A stretch of 64,000 nucleotides of DNA. It comes from Gracilinanus agilis. Lineage: Eukaryota. The notes under the pieces are model-generated. The model searched no databases and had not been told where the DNA came from. It was given only the letters and a program-made list of their open reading frames with translations. The translations under genes were made by a program, and so were the position numbers. Below are positions 48,721 through 61,130 of the stretch, piece by piece (position 1 is the first letter of the stretch; the number at the start of each line of letters is the position of its first letter). Where the stretch lies: contig NC_058133.1 of NCBI RefSeq assembly GCF_016433145.1, positions 163,057,176 to 163,121,175 of the forward strand, read 5' to 3'.

Positions 48721-50724
48721 TACATGGTTGGGAGAAAGGAGGAGGGGATAGATACTGGACAGATTGTGAAGTGGGAGCTGGAATGGAGCATAAGGGGGTA
48801 AAAAGAAGCAGAGGAGAATGTCCTATTCTTGAGAGAGAGAACTACACAGAGGCAGGAGTGGGCTTGTAGTAGGCTGGCAGAGGGGCCTTCTCAGAGCTTG
48901 CCTGAGACTCAGAAGCAGAGACAGGGAGGTGGGTGGCAGGGAAGGCGTTGGGGACAGCTGTTACTTTGATTTTCCATTTAATTAGTGCTCTCAGGGGTTT
49001 GGATCTGGGAGAAAGTCTTGGACAGGCTTCCATGAGGGCAGACACTCTTTAGCTAGGCCAGAGTTGGGTGAGGACTTTGCATTTGCAATCCAAAGGAAAG
49101 GTATTTATACAATCCTCAGCAAAGTGACTCAATTGCCTTAGTTACTTTCTTCCAGGTCTTAACTTTATTACTGCAGCATACTAAGCTATGGTTCTACCTT
49201 CAAAGGCTAAGTTGGAATATCCAATAAAGGATAAATATAAAAAATTTGTGAGTATTGAAGTGGGAGCCCCCCCTCCTATTCACGCCCACCTAAGACTGGG
49301 GTCCAAGCTGAAGTGTAGCTCACTTCAGCTTACCACTTTAATCCCAGTCTAAGAAACTTAAGACAAGAATGAATCTGAATTCTAGGTTGGCACTAGAACA
49401 AATCCAATGTCTGCAACATCCTTATTCATCCTTTCCTGGATGGTTTCGACTATTCACATTAAGTCATTATGGAAGCTTAGTCAGATATCGTCACCCTAAG
49501 GTGGGGAATGATAGACAACAGAGTTCAATGCAGAAGAAGCTTAGTTTAGAATACAGGACCTGGTACAAATTGTGAAACATTTATGGAGCATTGCTTTACG
49601 GGATCCTCAGAGTTGCCACTTCTCGGACCCTTTCTGATCTCTATCCATGTCTACTGGTGCTCCAGGGAAGGTGAAATGCAGGGACGGAAGAGAAAGAAGT
49701 GTGAAAAGGAGTTGGAAAATTTGGAAAAGTCAAAGGAAGTAAACAAGAACAGCTTATCTTTAAGAAAGAAAACAAAGATAACAGTAGTTCCAAATACTTT
49801 TTCTCCATCTCCATTCCTCATTTGTCCTTTTGAAAATGAGGATCTCTATAGAGCAGTGATGGCAAGTCTTTTAGAGACTGAGTGACTAAACTGCAACCCT
49901 CATGCTGCATGTGAGCCACAACCCCCCCCCCCCAACAGTATCTTACCCCAGACAGGGGAGGGAGGAAGTTCTCCCATTGGTTTGCTGGGCAGAGGGGCAG
50001 GTGATATGAGAAATGTCCTTAGGCACAGTGGATAAGGGGAAGGGAGCAATCCCTTCTGGTATGTGTGCCAGAGGTTCACCAACACAGCTATAGAGGAATA
50101 ACCATTTTTGCTACTACTGATACCACCACTGTTCTTTTTTTCTTTCTGTCCTCTCTTCCTAGCTGTCATTAAGCTTTTCACAAAAAATGCTTTGCACAAG
50201 ATGGCCCTTAGCATGTATTATGGCTATGCTTATCTGCCCTTTTATCCCCCACTTAATATAAGCTTTTTAAGGGCAATACATAAAGTCCAGACTTTATGTA
50301 TTATCTATCACTTTTCATAGTGTGTATTTTACAAATGTTTGTTCAGTTGAATTGTACATACTTCTCTATCTTCCCATAACACTTATATACTCTGATCCAT
50401 GAACCCTAACTTTCTTCTAGGCAAACATCTTTTCTTTCTTACATACCCTCTTGCCAAGTATCCAAATATTTTCTGATCCAATCCTATATCTTGACTCAGA
50501 TAGAATCCCTCTTTACATCCTTACTCATAAAAGACCCTTTTATCTAAGAAAATCAATTCCTTAAGCATTTATTAAGGGCCTACTATGTGCAGAGTGTCAT
50601 ATTAGACCCTGGGAATTAGGTGGCTTTCACTGTAATCTTCCTCTCCTGGATGAAGTATGATTTACTCTCTCTTCTTCTAAGCTACCACTGAAGAGTTTGT
50701 TAACCCTTTTTGTGTTATGAACCC

Positions 50725-50862
50725 CTTCAGCAGTTTGTTTGCCTCAGGTTCCTCTTATAAAATGAGCAGGAGGAAAGGGCAAACCACTCCAGTATGTTTG
50801 TCATGAAAACCTCAAATAGGGTCACAAAGAGCTGGATATGACTGAAAAACAACTGAATAATA
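50725..50862 (+). mobile_element. MAR1 3' fragment
   Basis: GGCAAACCACTCCAGTATGTTTG…GGGGTCACAAAGAGCTGGATATGACTGAAAAACAACTGAA. Confidence 0.75.
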
Positions 50863-52299
50863 AAAAATGGATCCCTACCAAGAATGATGTTTTTAAAATG
50901 TTTAAAATAAAACATTTGGGATTACAAAGAAAAATTGATATACAAGTATCAAAATATTTTAAAGACAAAACAAAACAGAACAACCACTTCCCACCCCCCA
51001 AACAAGTTTCAAAATCCCAGTTTAAGATCCCTTGACATAGAGGATTACCTTTTCTACCAAGGGTACATTATGTTTCAGAAATGGGCCCTACTCTGTCTCT
51101 GGAGATAGGACAAAGTTGGTCTTAACAAGCTATATTGGGTCAAAAATAAAACTCTAGGTGACCCTATGCAATTTTTGCATTTGTATGAGATTATGGAATA
51201 AAGAAGAAAAATGGTAAACTGTAGGCTCTTTTGAAAGATATCCTAAGGACTAAACTCTATGCATTAAGTGCTAGTGTCTGTTTCTATCACTGACCCTTAT
51301 CTAAATACAGTTTAGTAAGGAAGATGGGCCCTGGTCCCCTCAAAAGGTTGAGTCTGGCTCTCTGGTTGAAGTCTGTGTTAGTCTGTGCCCTTGAAGGTCA
51401 GAGTTGGCCAAGTAAGAGATTTTCTCATACTCCCTTTTATACTCACTTTCAAGCACTTCCCTCTCCTAAACGTTCCTCCATTATAACACAACAACATAAC
51501 ATAACAATAAAACATAATAAGAATTTTCATATAAGGGTTCTAGGACCCAAAATATAGAACAAGGGGGAGAATAAGGAATGTTTTTCTCTTGAATCCCTAC
51601 TGGATCTTGGTATTGAGGGCTCTCTCTATTGACCTTATTTTCTCTGAACAAATTGGAGTATAGGTTGAGGAAAGCAAAAAAATTATTGGCTCACAAGAGA
51701 ATGGTTAGCATCAGGCTTCCTTTTCTTCTTTCCCCAAGGCAAGGTGATGTTCCTGACCTTCCAGACCCTGAACTGGAAGCAAATGAGCCAAAGGTGGTAT
51801 AATTAGCAATCAATAGACAATTAGAGGGAGCCTTACAGAGAAGGGAAACATGAGTCCTCAGAAGAGAGAATATTTCAGCCTGGTTCTTCTCAATGTCCAT
51901 TAATCTCCCTTCTCTCATGGACCTCTAGCAAAAGGCAGCAAGTGGTTCATAAGGGGTTAAGGAACCCCAAAGAGTAGCATGTACATTTGGAGGGACAGGA
52001 GAATAGACCCCTCCTTTTGGCTGACCAGATTTGTCTCTGAATGAGTAACAGGAATTTCCTCTACTTTAAGCGAGAAAACTGAGGTATGATGACTGAAAGA
52101 ACTGGTAATGGCACTCCAGAGTCCCACAGTCTAGCCTAGAACCTGACTGGAATAAGAATTGAGATGAAAGAAGAAAGGAAAAGGTGAAGACTTGGCTGGA
52201 TGTTCTGATGAGGTATGAAGATCTGGTCAGGGGGCAGAGAGCCAAGTCCATTTGGCAGTGGCAGAAACTAGCTTCCTGACACATTCAATATCATTACAT

Positions 52300-52985
52300 A
52301 ATTGACCTACACAATGTCCTCTCCATTGGTCTACTTCTCTCTATTCATATGGCCACCACCCCAATTCCAACCCTCAGTACCTCTCCTGTGGATATCTGCA
52401 ATAGTCTCCTAATTGCTCTCTTCAACCCAAGTCTTTCTATTCTCTAATTTGCCATCACTCAGCTGCTAAAATGATGTCCCTAAAGCAAATGCCTGACCAT
52501 GTTACTTTCCTGCTCAATAACTCTAGAAACTCCCTATTACCTTAAGGAGTAAATAAAAACATTTAAAGTGATCCATAACCTGGCTCCAAACTATCTTTCT
52601 CTATTTATTACACATCACCTTCATACATTCTGTGGTTCAACCAAAATGATTTTATTGCTCTTCCTCATGCACCAAATTCCATCTCTTATATGTGTCTTTT
52701 TGACCAGCTGTCCTCCGTGGTTAAAATTTCCTTCCCCTTCCCCTCTACCTCTTAAATGCCTCCATTCCTTCAAAGCTCAGTTCAAATGACATCTCCTGAG
52801 TCCTTTCTTCCTGTGCCTTGCATCTAAATTATATTGTATAGAATTTGTATTGTTTCCCATATACTTTTTATATGTATATGCTTGTCCGTAGAGAATTTAA
52901 GGTTCTTGAGGGTAGGGGTCATGGTTTTTTTTTACCTTCAGATCATAGTTGTGCTTAATAAATATTTGTTGATTGATAGATATAT
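52300..52985 (+). mobile_element. L2 LINE 3' end
   Basis: HNLAPNYLS motif, CCATTCCTTCAAAGCTCAGTTCAAATG, GTGCTTAATAAATATTTGTTGATTGA tail. Confidence 0.8.
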
Positions 52986-53816
52986 GGATTGATTGATTAA
53001 AAAGTAGAACTTGGATTGAAGAAATTTCAACTCAGTTTTATTTAAGGACTTGGATTTTCGGGTGATGTGGGATGTGTATTCCAAATAATTTGTTTCTGTC
53101 TAAGGCAGCCATGAGGGTGAGACCATGAGTCAGGGTACTGATACTTTTCTACTAGGCCTCTAGCATACTTCAGTCTTTTGCCACCCACTCTAATCCATCC
53201 TTGTAATGCGTCCTTTGTTTTTAGTTCCTATGGTTGCCTGTGAGTCTGGAGAGAAATATGACAATAAGGGATGATAGACATTTGACCAGCCTGACAGGAC
53301 AGTTAGGAGGACTTCATTGTGATGCCTCAGGTGAGGCTGTATATTGACGTATGAGAAGCCCTCCATTTGGGTTTGCATTTATATATTAGCAGTTACTGCA
53401 TGCATATGCATGGTGCCATCTGTCTGCTACCCACAGCCCCTGGGCCAGATTCATGCTGTCTTACTTTTAATCCATCTGTGAGGGAACACTAGGAAAGGGT
53501 TCTAAGGCTGAAGATGGCATTCATGACAGTGGCAGGGACAGTGTGTGACAATGGAAAGATCACTGGATTGGAAGTCAGAGGACCTGGCTCTTTCACTTAT
53601 TACTTTTGTGATTGTGAACAAGTCCTTGTACTTCCCTGAGCTTCAGTTTCCTCATCTTTAAAAAGAAGAGATTGAACCAGATGGCCTCTAAGATATCTTC
53701 CAGTTCTAAATCTGGGATCCCATGACTATGAGGCAAGCTAAAGTGGCACAGTGGATAGAACAATGAGCCTGAGTTCAAACCTTGCCAAATATATTTATTA
53801 GCTTTGTGACTCTGGA

Positions 53817-54016
53817 GGGGCAGCTGGGTAGCTCAGTGGGTTGAGAGCCAGGTCTAGAGATGGGAGGTCCTAGGTTCAAATCTGGCCCCAGACACTTTCC
53901 AGCTGTGTGACCCTGAGGAAATCACTTGACCCCCATTGCCTAGTTGTTACCACTCTTCTGCCTTGGAACCAACACACAGTATTGATTCAAAGATGGAAGG
54001 TAAGGGTTTAAAAAAC
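53817..54016 (+). mobile_element. Young SINE1_Mdo-like element nested in an older MIR-like SINE (about 53730-54190)
   Basis: Full tRNA-like head to A tail. Target duplication TTTGTGACTCTG at 53803-53814 and 54021-54032 interrupts the MIR core. Confidence 0.9.
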
Positions 54017-54558
54017 AAGATTTGTGACTCTGCCCAAATTACTTTACCTAAGTTTACCTCAGTTTCCTGAACTATAAAATAGAAAGAATAATAGTACCTA
54101 CTTTTCAGAGCTCAATTATCTCAAATGAGATAATATTTGCAAAGTGCTTACCACAGTGCCTGGGACATAGTAGGTGCTTACATGCTTAAAAAAGTATTTG
54201 TTTTCTTTCTCCCTCTTTTCTGTGACCTATGCCCTTTTTTAAAAAAAACTCTTACCTTCTGTCTTTCTCAGAGTCACATCGCTAAGAAGTATCTGAGGTC
54301 AGATTTCAATCCAAGACCTCCAGGCTATAGTCCTGCCTATATCCTCTTAAGACTCTGACTTCTCTTCTTATTCAGCTTTGTGCTTCTTAGACAACTTTTA
54401 AAAATGTTTGCTAGGTAGCTAACACTAGACTAGATAGATTCATGTGCCTGAACTTTTTCATCTATTCCTAGTAAATTGGGATCAGGACCAAGCAGGAGCT
54501 CCCATCCTAGTTCTTTGGACAGCACTAGGTAGAGAGAAATGACTGCATATGGAAAGTC

Positions 54559-54623
54559 GGCAGAACCATGGAGAGCAGTAGGAAGAATGCTACAAAGGTG
54601 AAGGCAGCACCATGGAGAGCTCA
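54559..54623 (+). promoter_or_regulatory. Tandem RE1/NRSE (REST-binding) pair in CADM3 intron 1
   Basis: GGCAGAACCATGGAGAGCAGT (54559-54579) and GGCAGCACCATGGAGAGCTCA (54603-54623) against the consensus TTCAGCACCnnGGACAGCGCC. Confidence 0.72.
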
Positions 54624-54869
54624 GAGCATCACTAGTTTGGCTGGAAACTGGGCTAAGTAGAAAACTTGTAGAGAGGGGCAGCCAGCTGTGCCAGACTGTT
54701 AATACAGAAAGAACTGACAGCAGGGACTGCCTCCAGGCTCCACACACCTATCATTTTATTCAAGTCTCCTGAAGTTTCTTGTTCGATCCCATCAAATGAA
54801 CTCCCAAGGGAGTTATACCCAGATATGGAGAACACACCAAGAGGCGAGGTTAGTTTGAGGGTAGTACTA

Positions 54870-55760
54870 GTCAGTCAATCAACTAGCATTTATTAAGTAC
54901 TAATTATATGCAAGACATAGTGCTAGGCACTGGATATACAAAAAAAGCGCAAAAAAACAGCCCTGCTCTCAAGGAGCTCACAATCTAATGGGAGAGAAAA
55001 CATATAAATCACTTTGTACAAATAAGATATAAACAGGAAAAATTAGGATAGTCAAAGAGGGAAGGAACTAATATCTTTAAGGAGAATTGGAAATGACTCC
55101 CTGTAGAAGGTGGGATTTTAGCAAGGACTTGAAGGAAGCCAGGATGGAAAGGGAGAGGAGTTCAAGGCATGGGGGATAGCTGGTGAAAATATTGGGAATC
55201 AGAAAATGGAGTATCCTATGTGACAAGCAGCAAGGAGTCCTGTGTCACTGTATCAAAGAATACTTTGAAGGGAGTAAGGTATAAAAAGACTAAAAAGACA
55301 GAATGAAGGCCTTTAAAAGTCAAACAGAGAATGCTATATTTGAACCCGGAAGTGATAAGGAGCCACTGGAGGTTACTTAATATGGGAATAAGGTCAGATC
55401 TGCGCTTTGGGAAGGTCACTTTGACAGCTGAGTGAATGGAAGATGGAGTGTCATGGAGAGAAATGTGAGGCAGCACATGAATGTGCGGTGATGAGATGTG
55501 AGGTAGCCCAGGAAGGAGTTGATAAAGACCTGTTCAAGGGTGGTAGTAGTGTCACATAAGACAGGGGTATTTGGGAGATGTTAGAGATTTTATTAAGGTT
55601 GAAAAGCCTGGATCTGACAATTGATCGGATATGGAGGGTGAGAGAAGTGAACAGGTGAGAATGACACCTAAGATATAAGCCTGAGTGACTGGTAGGATGG
55701 TGGCACCCTAGATAGTAATAGGGAAGTTAGGAAAGGAAGAGTTTTGGTAGAAAGATAATT
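54870..55760 (-). mobile_element. L2 LINE 3' fragment
   Basis: HSAVKVTFPKRRSDLIPILSNLQWLLITSGFKYSILCLTFKGLH resembles the L2 ORF2 C-terminus; AGCATTTATTAAGTAC tail. Confidence 0.82.
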
Positions 55761-56289
55761 ATTTCAGTTTTGGACATAGTGATTTTAAGAAGTCTTTGGG
55801 ACATGCATTTCAACATGGAATATTTGGGTCTTAACTCATTCAAAGTGACATGTAGTGGTAGGATATTTCTTTTTGAGGAGAAAGTTCAAAGACAACCTCT
55901 TGGTACTATTACAGAAACACTAGGGTACTCTGGAGCCCTACATGAATCATCATCATACAGAGATCTCAGGGTGGGACCATCATGATGTGCTCAGCCTTTC
56001 AGTGGATGGCCCAGGTTGGGGAACTAGAAAGTTTATTTAGGAAACACAGGGAATGGTTGCCCCTCCCAAAAAAGGAATAATACCCACAATTGGTGAAATG
56101 CTTCATACCACATGAATATCAGTCAGTTGGGGGAACTGGGATAATATAATTTGCAATGACATGGAATGTTTATCATTATTTTACTGATTCCTTCTGGCAT
56201 GGTCTCACTCTCTTGGCTCTTTATTGACTGTTATATTCATTCACCTTCATAAGAATTTCCATAAATCAGTATAACTTCTGGAAATTAGT

Positions 56290-56950
56290 AAAAAAAAAGT
56301 CATTCTGGAAAGCAAATTTATGCAAATAAAGTGACTAAAATATCCATATCCTTTGCCTAAGAAATTCCACTGTTAGGTATATACCTGATGGAGGTTATTA
56401 GAAGAAAAAAAGGTTTTTATATACATCAAAATATCACTTTTTGTGGTAGCAATAAATGGAAACAAAGTAGATATCCAGTGATTGAGGAATAGCTAAACAA
56501 ATTGTGGTATATGAATGCAATGGAATATTACTATACTGTAAGACACATTGAACATGATAAATATAGAGAAAGATGCACAGACTTATATGAACTGATGAAG
56601 AGTGAAGTAAACAGCTAGGAAAACAATATACACACTGACTTTATTAATGTAAATGGAAAGTACATCAACTACAAAACAAGTGGAGATGGATGTTGAAAAA
56701 TTAAAAAGAATAAAGTTAGTCCTCAAGAACAGATTTGAAAAACACTTCCTCTCTGCCTTTTTTCAGAGGCAATAGAGCACTGCAAGCAATGTCAATTTTA
56801 AAAATTATATTGATTAGTTTTGCTAATTTTTTTCTTCCCCTTTTTCTTTATTCTTTAAAGTCTTTGTCATAGGAAATGACTCTCCAGGAAGGTAGAAGGA
56901 AAAGGATGTGGGGAAATTTAGGTGATGTAAAAACAAGGATATTAATAAAC
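56290..56950 (+). mobile_element. Older LINE-1 3' fragment
   Basis: GAATAGCTAAACAAATTGTGGTATATGAATGCAATGGAATATTACT…GAACTGATGAAGAGTGAAGTAA, typical of the L1 ORF2 end. Confidence 0.8.
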
Positions 56951-58617
56951 ACCTATTTTTTAAAAAGCCCATACAAGCATCCGATTTCCCCAAAACTAGT
57001 GTGACATCAACCCCTGGCATTAAAATCAGTTGTTTCTTATTATTGACTGGAAGTCTTATGAACAGAAGGCCTGTAGCCAAAAGTTAAACAGGAAGTGACA
57101 AGTATCAAGAAGATATGAATGGAAAGAATTTTCCAAGCTCCAAATGTGCCCTTAAGATTATTATCAATCAGGATGGACTTGACACAGCCTAGAGCCTGCA
57201 TTCAGAGTGAAGAGGAATCTGCAACTGGATTATCATCAGTTGAAATTTTTATCACAGATGAGGTAACAGAGGAGCGATGGCTGAACTGAATTGAGAAATA
57301 GCAAAGAATCATGCTATTGATCATAGCTCCAGGAGTTTAATCCTCTAGGGAGGGCTATGAAGATTCTCCCCAGAGTGTGGCCAAAGGAGAAAGCTACTAC
57401 AAGTTTGGCTTCATATCTTTTTCTGGCTGTTCTGATCAAGAGGGGACTACTAACAGCTCATATAGGAACTTGTGGAGCAATTGGTCTAAGAAGCAGGTAG
57501 AAGTCACTTGCTTTGTTTGCTTGACCAATGCACAAAGACGGGACTTTTCTTTGGCCAAAGATTATATGGAAACTGATTAAAGAGTCTTTAAAGAGGTGGA
57601 CTTGGTTTTTGTTTCTCTGCTAGAAGGGGGCTTGGGATAAAACCTGATGGGAATAAAGTATAATGCACATATACTTTTCCATCTGTTTGCTTTAACCATC
57701 AACCTTGAGGAAATCATGAGAGTCAACAATCCTACCTGCCTTCAAGGAGAAGTTACAATAGAATTTGCATCACAGCTTTTGTTGACACATATGACATTCC
57801 ACTTGTATCTCTGGTCCCCAGTAGGGCAGTCTATACCAGAAAGGCTAGTTTTACCTGGGTCCAACTAGTCCCCTGATCTAGAGTATCCTTGTTCACTTTT
57901 CATTTTCCTTATGCTAAATATCCAATGAGTAGGCAGATCATTCTCCAGGGGCTGTGCCTATGACAAGAGACAAAAACAGGGCAGTGAAGCTCTGCCAAAC
58001 AGTAATGTGGGCAGGGCTGGCTGGGCCCACCCTTGCGCACTGGGCATGTTCTCCACTCTGGGAACCTGGCCAGAGGGCTGCAGAATGGACAGCAATGGAC
58101 AGAAGGTCAGCAAGCAGGGAGAAAGGTGGTGCAGAGAATGGTACAGCATAAGGCAGAGTTGCTTCTTTGAAACCTCAACCAAGTTAACATGAGGCCTTCC
58201 ATACTATTCATTTCTTCCCCAAATCAACTCATAGCCTCCTAGAGATATCCTAAAGAGAAAAAAAAAACTCAGATACAGTGTTGAGCCTGGAGGACAGTTA
58301 CAGAGAAGTAACTGCCAGTGCAAATACCCACTAGAGGGGAGGAGACAGATGGAAACCTTTGGACACCCCAGTAATCCCGTAGTATTTACACAACACCACG
58401 GTCAGCTTCAGAAATACCCTGTCATTGTCAACCACCAATCTCTGCTCAGTCTTTCAAGCTCTTTAGTATTTGCATGTAGGATTCTAGGAAGACACCCCTT
58501 CTACTCCTAATCCATGTAAACAACAATATAATAGGCAGCTTGCCATCTGCCCTCTTCATCAATTTCTCAACATTATCCAGTTCCTTTGGCTTTGGAAGTT
58601 TTTCAGATATTGTTATT

Positions 58618-58659
58618 GTGGTGGTGGTGGTGGTGGTGGTGGTGGTGGTGGTGGTGGTG
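58618..58659. repeat. (GGT)n trinucleotide repeat followed by (GAT)-like repeats
   Basis: Seen directly. Confidence 0.95.
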
Positions 58660-60049
58660 TTAATGATGATAATGGTGATGATGATGCTGGGATGGACCTA
58701 AAGAAGTTAAAGGACTGGAAACTTGGGAGGAGAGTAAGAGCAATAAGGGGTTAAGATCTAGAAGAACCTTAGAGCTACACAGTCCAATCTCCTCATTTTA
58801 GATGTGAAGAAATCAAGGCTCAGATGGTTAAAGAAGAATGAAAATCTTTAACTCATGATTACAGCCAGGTTCCTAACTCTTTTTGAGTCTGAGGTGGGGA
58901 CTTTTTCCTTAACTCCTTCCCCTGCCACACAAACCCTCACCTTACCCACACACACTATCCATGAAGTAGGCATTTAAATTCATAACCTTTTCCTCTATGT
59001 ACTATTTCTTCCCACCTCCCTCAAGGTCTCTAGGAAAAGGGTAGCAAGATCCTGAACATTAATCCCCTATCTTCCTGGGACTGCCTAGTCCTTATACCCT
59101 ACAGTAGTTGTTATCCTGGGCTTAGTCAATGTTTGGTATATCACTTACCCATTGTTCAGGAAGAAATGAATGCCAGGCTAGTAAAGAAAAGCACTTCGAT
59201 TTTACTCCTTTTCAGAAATTAAAAAAAAAAAACTTGGAGAATACTCTTATACCAAAACAGCAAATAAAGCTAATCTGGAAAAAGTATGTTTTCTCCCTGC
59301 ACATCGTTAAGGTTGCTCAGGGACCAAAGCCATTGGCAGCAGGAGCTGGAAAGTGAGGTAATAATACAACCACCACCATAATAAATAGCTAGCATTTGTA
59401 TAGTGCTTTAATGTTTGCAAAGTACTCATTTCATACAAATTCATACAAATATGCTCATTTCATCCTCACAACCCACCTTGAGAGGTCCGTGCTATTATTT
59501 CACTCATTTTACAAATGGGGAAATTGAGGCACAGAGCAGTTAAATGACTTGCCCAAAGTTACACAGCTAATAAGTATCAGAAGCAGGAAATTTGAACTCA
59601 GATATTCCTGATTTCGAGTCCAACTGTATACACTGTCCCACCAAAAGTATCTCTTCTCCATACAAAAATAAGAGAAGCAATGATTTAGAGTCCCATTTGC
59701 TTCTAGAGTTAATTGCAGAACATTTAACACCTCCTATGTTTCCATTAGCTCCCTTTCCTGATGCCTGAAATACCCCTGTTAGCTGGCCTCACTCTCAGTC
59801 ACACCTGGTGTAGGTCCACACCGGGCGCTTAACAGCTGAATGGGATAAACAAATGGAGAGCCTAAGAGCTGCTGTTTTTTGACAGGCAGGGCCCAGCAAG
59901 TAAGAGTATCCTAAAATGCACTTTTTAGCATCAGCTTCTCCGGACTGCCCTTTTTGCCTTCCAAGTTGGGTCTAGGGTTGTTAGCGTAGCTCCTGAGAGG
60001 AAGGGAAAGAACTGAGAGGGGGTGTTCCCCTTATGCGAGGAGGGACTGG

Positions 60050-61130
60050 TGTCGCCCTGGTAACTGGGACTAGAGCTGTCTTCTGGGAGGATTGGGGATA
60101 AGAGGGGCGGAACAAGCCAGCCAGTCAGGCAGGCAGAGGCTGGGAGGGGATTCCCCGGGGTCCCCGGACAGGGGGAAGCTCCTTCATCACGATGAAGGCG
60201 GGGCTGGGGGAGGGTGTAGGGAGGGGCGGGACCAGAAACATACCGCTCCTCAGTATTCTTACACGTTTTCCGCGGCTCTTTTATTTCTTTCTCTTCCCCC
60301 ACACCCCCTCCCCACTTGTAAACCCCTCCTCTACTCCCCACCTCTTCTGCCCCGCCCTCTGCCCAGCCCCAGTAGCCATCCGGTCCGAAGTCCTGGAGTC
60401 GCCTCGACTGTCTCCTCCCCTGCGGTTCCCTCTGCTCTCCGCTGGCATCTGGCCTGGCACAGCNNNNNNNNNNNNNNNNNNNNNNNNNNNNNNNNNNNNN
60501 NNNNNNNNNNNNNNNNNNNNNNNNNNNNNNNNNNNNNNNNNNNNNNNNNNNNNNNNNNNNNNNNNNNNNNNNNNNNNNNNNNNNNNNNNNNNNNNNNNNN
60601 NNNNNNNNNNNNNNNNNNNNNNNNNNNNNNNNNNNNNNNNNNNNNNNNNNNNNNNNNNNNNNNNNNNNNNNNNNNNNNNNNNNNNNNNNNNNNNNNNNNN
60701 NNNNNNNNNNNNNNNNNNNNNNNNNNNCGGAGCCCGGGGCCGAGGCGGGGACGGGGAGGGAGCCGGCGCTGCTGCAGTCGCGGGGATTAAATAGGGCGCT
60801 CGGAGCAGACCATTCGGCTGGCGGCGGAGGGGGGGGTGACGGGGGGTTGGGCCAGGCAGAGGGGGGGGGAGCAGGCTGCCGCATTCCTCGCTCCCCCCCG
60901 TTTCCTATTCCCCCCCCACCCCTCCTGCTACCGTGGTGCGTTCCGCCTGCTCCCTCGGGAGCGCAGCCGGCCGGGCTCGGGTGTGGAGCTGAGGGAGGCA
61001 GCTGGCTCAGCAGCGGGGCTTGGGGCGCACCCCACGTCGGCCCGAAACGGCGGGAGGGGGTCGGGCGGGGCCCGGGGCCAGCTGGCGAGAGCGGGCACTG
61101 CAGCCTTGGGCAGGGCGTGCCCACTGGCCC
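60050..61130. promoter_or_regulatory. CADM3: CpG island / CADM3 promoter with TATA-like TATTTAAT (60786-60793, minus)
   Basis: Sharp rise in GC and CpG content relative to the CpG-depleted flanks. GC boxes and G-runs surround the putative transcription start. Confidence 0.85.
60464..60795 (-). other. CADM3: CADM3 exon 1: 5'UTR visible at 60728-60795; signal-peptide coding part inferred to lie in the N gap 60464-60727
   Basis: Minus strand CCTATTTAATCCCCGCGACTGCAGCAGCGCCGGCTCCCTCCCCGTCCCCGCCTCGGCCCCGGGCTCCG resembles the human CADM3 transcript start (recalled). No signal-peptide exon was found elsewhere. Exons 2-9 total 1106 nt and need a phase-1 first exon. Confidence 0.75.

Noticed and set aside
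57173-57268. Plus-strand mini-ORF with good Kozak context and donor (MDLTQPRACIQSEEESATGLSSVEIFITDE|GTAACA)
   Set aside because: No recognised protein match, promoter or downstream exon; expected by chance in 64 kb.
31126-60463. Ortholog of the 102-nt human CADM3 alternative exon (GYWQEQDLELG…)
   Set aside because: I did not recognise a matching sequence by eye; a TBLASTN would be needed to call it absent.
60930-60950. CCGTGGTGC as a reverse-strand RE1 in the promoter
   Set aside because: Only one half matches; the GGACAG half is absent.
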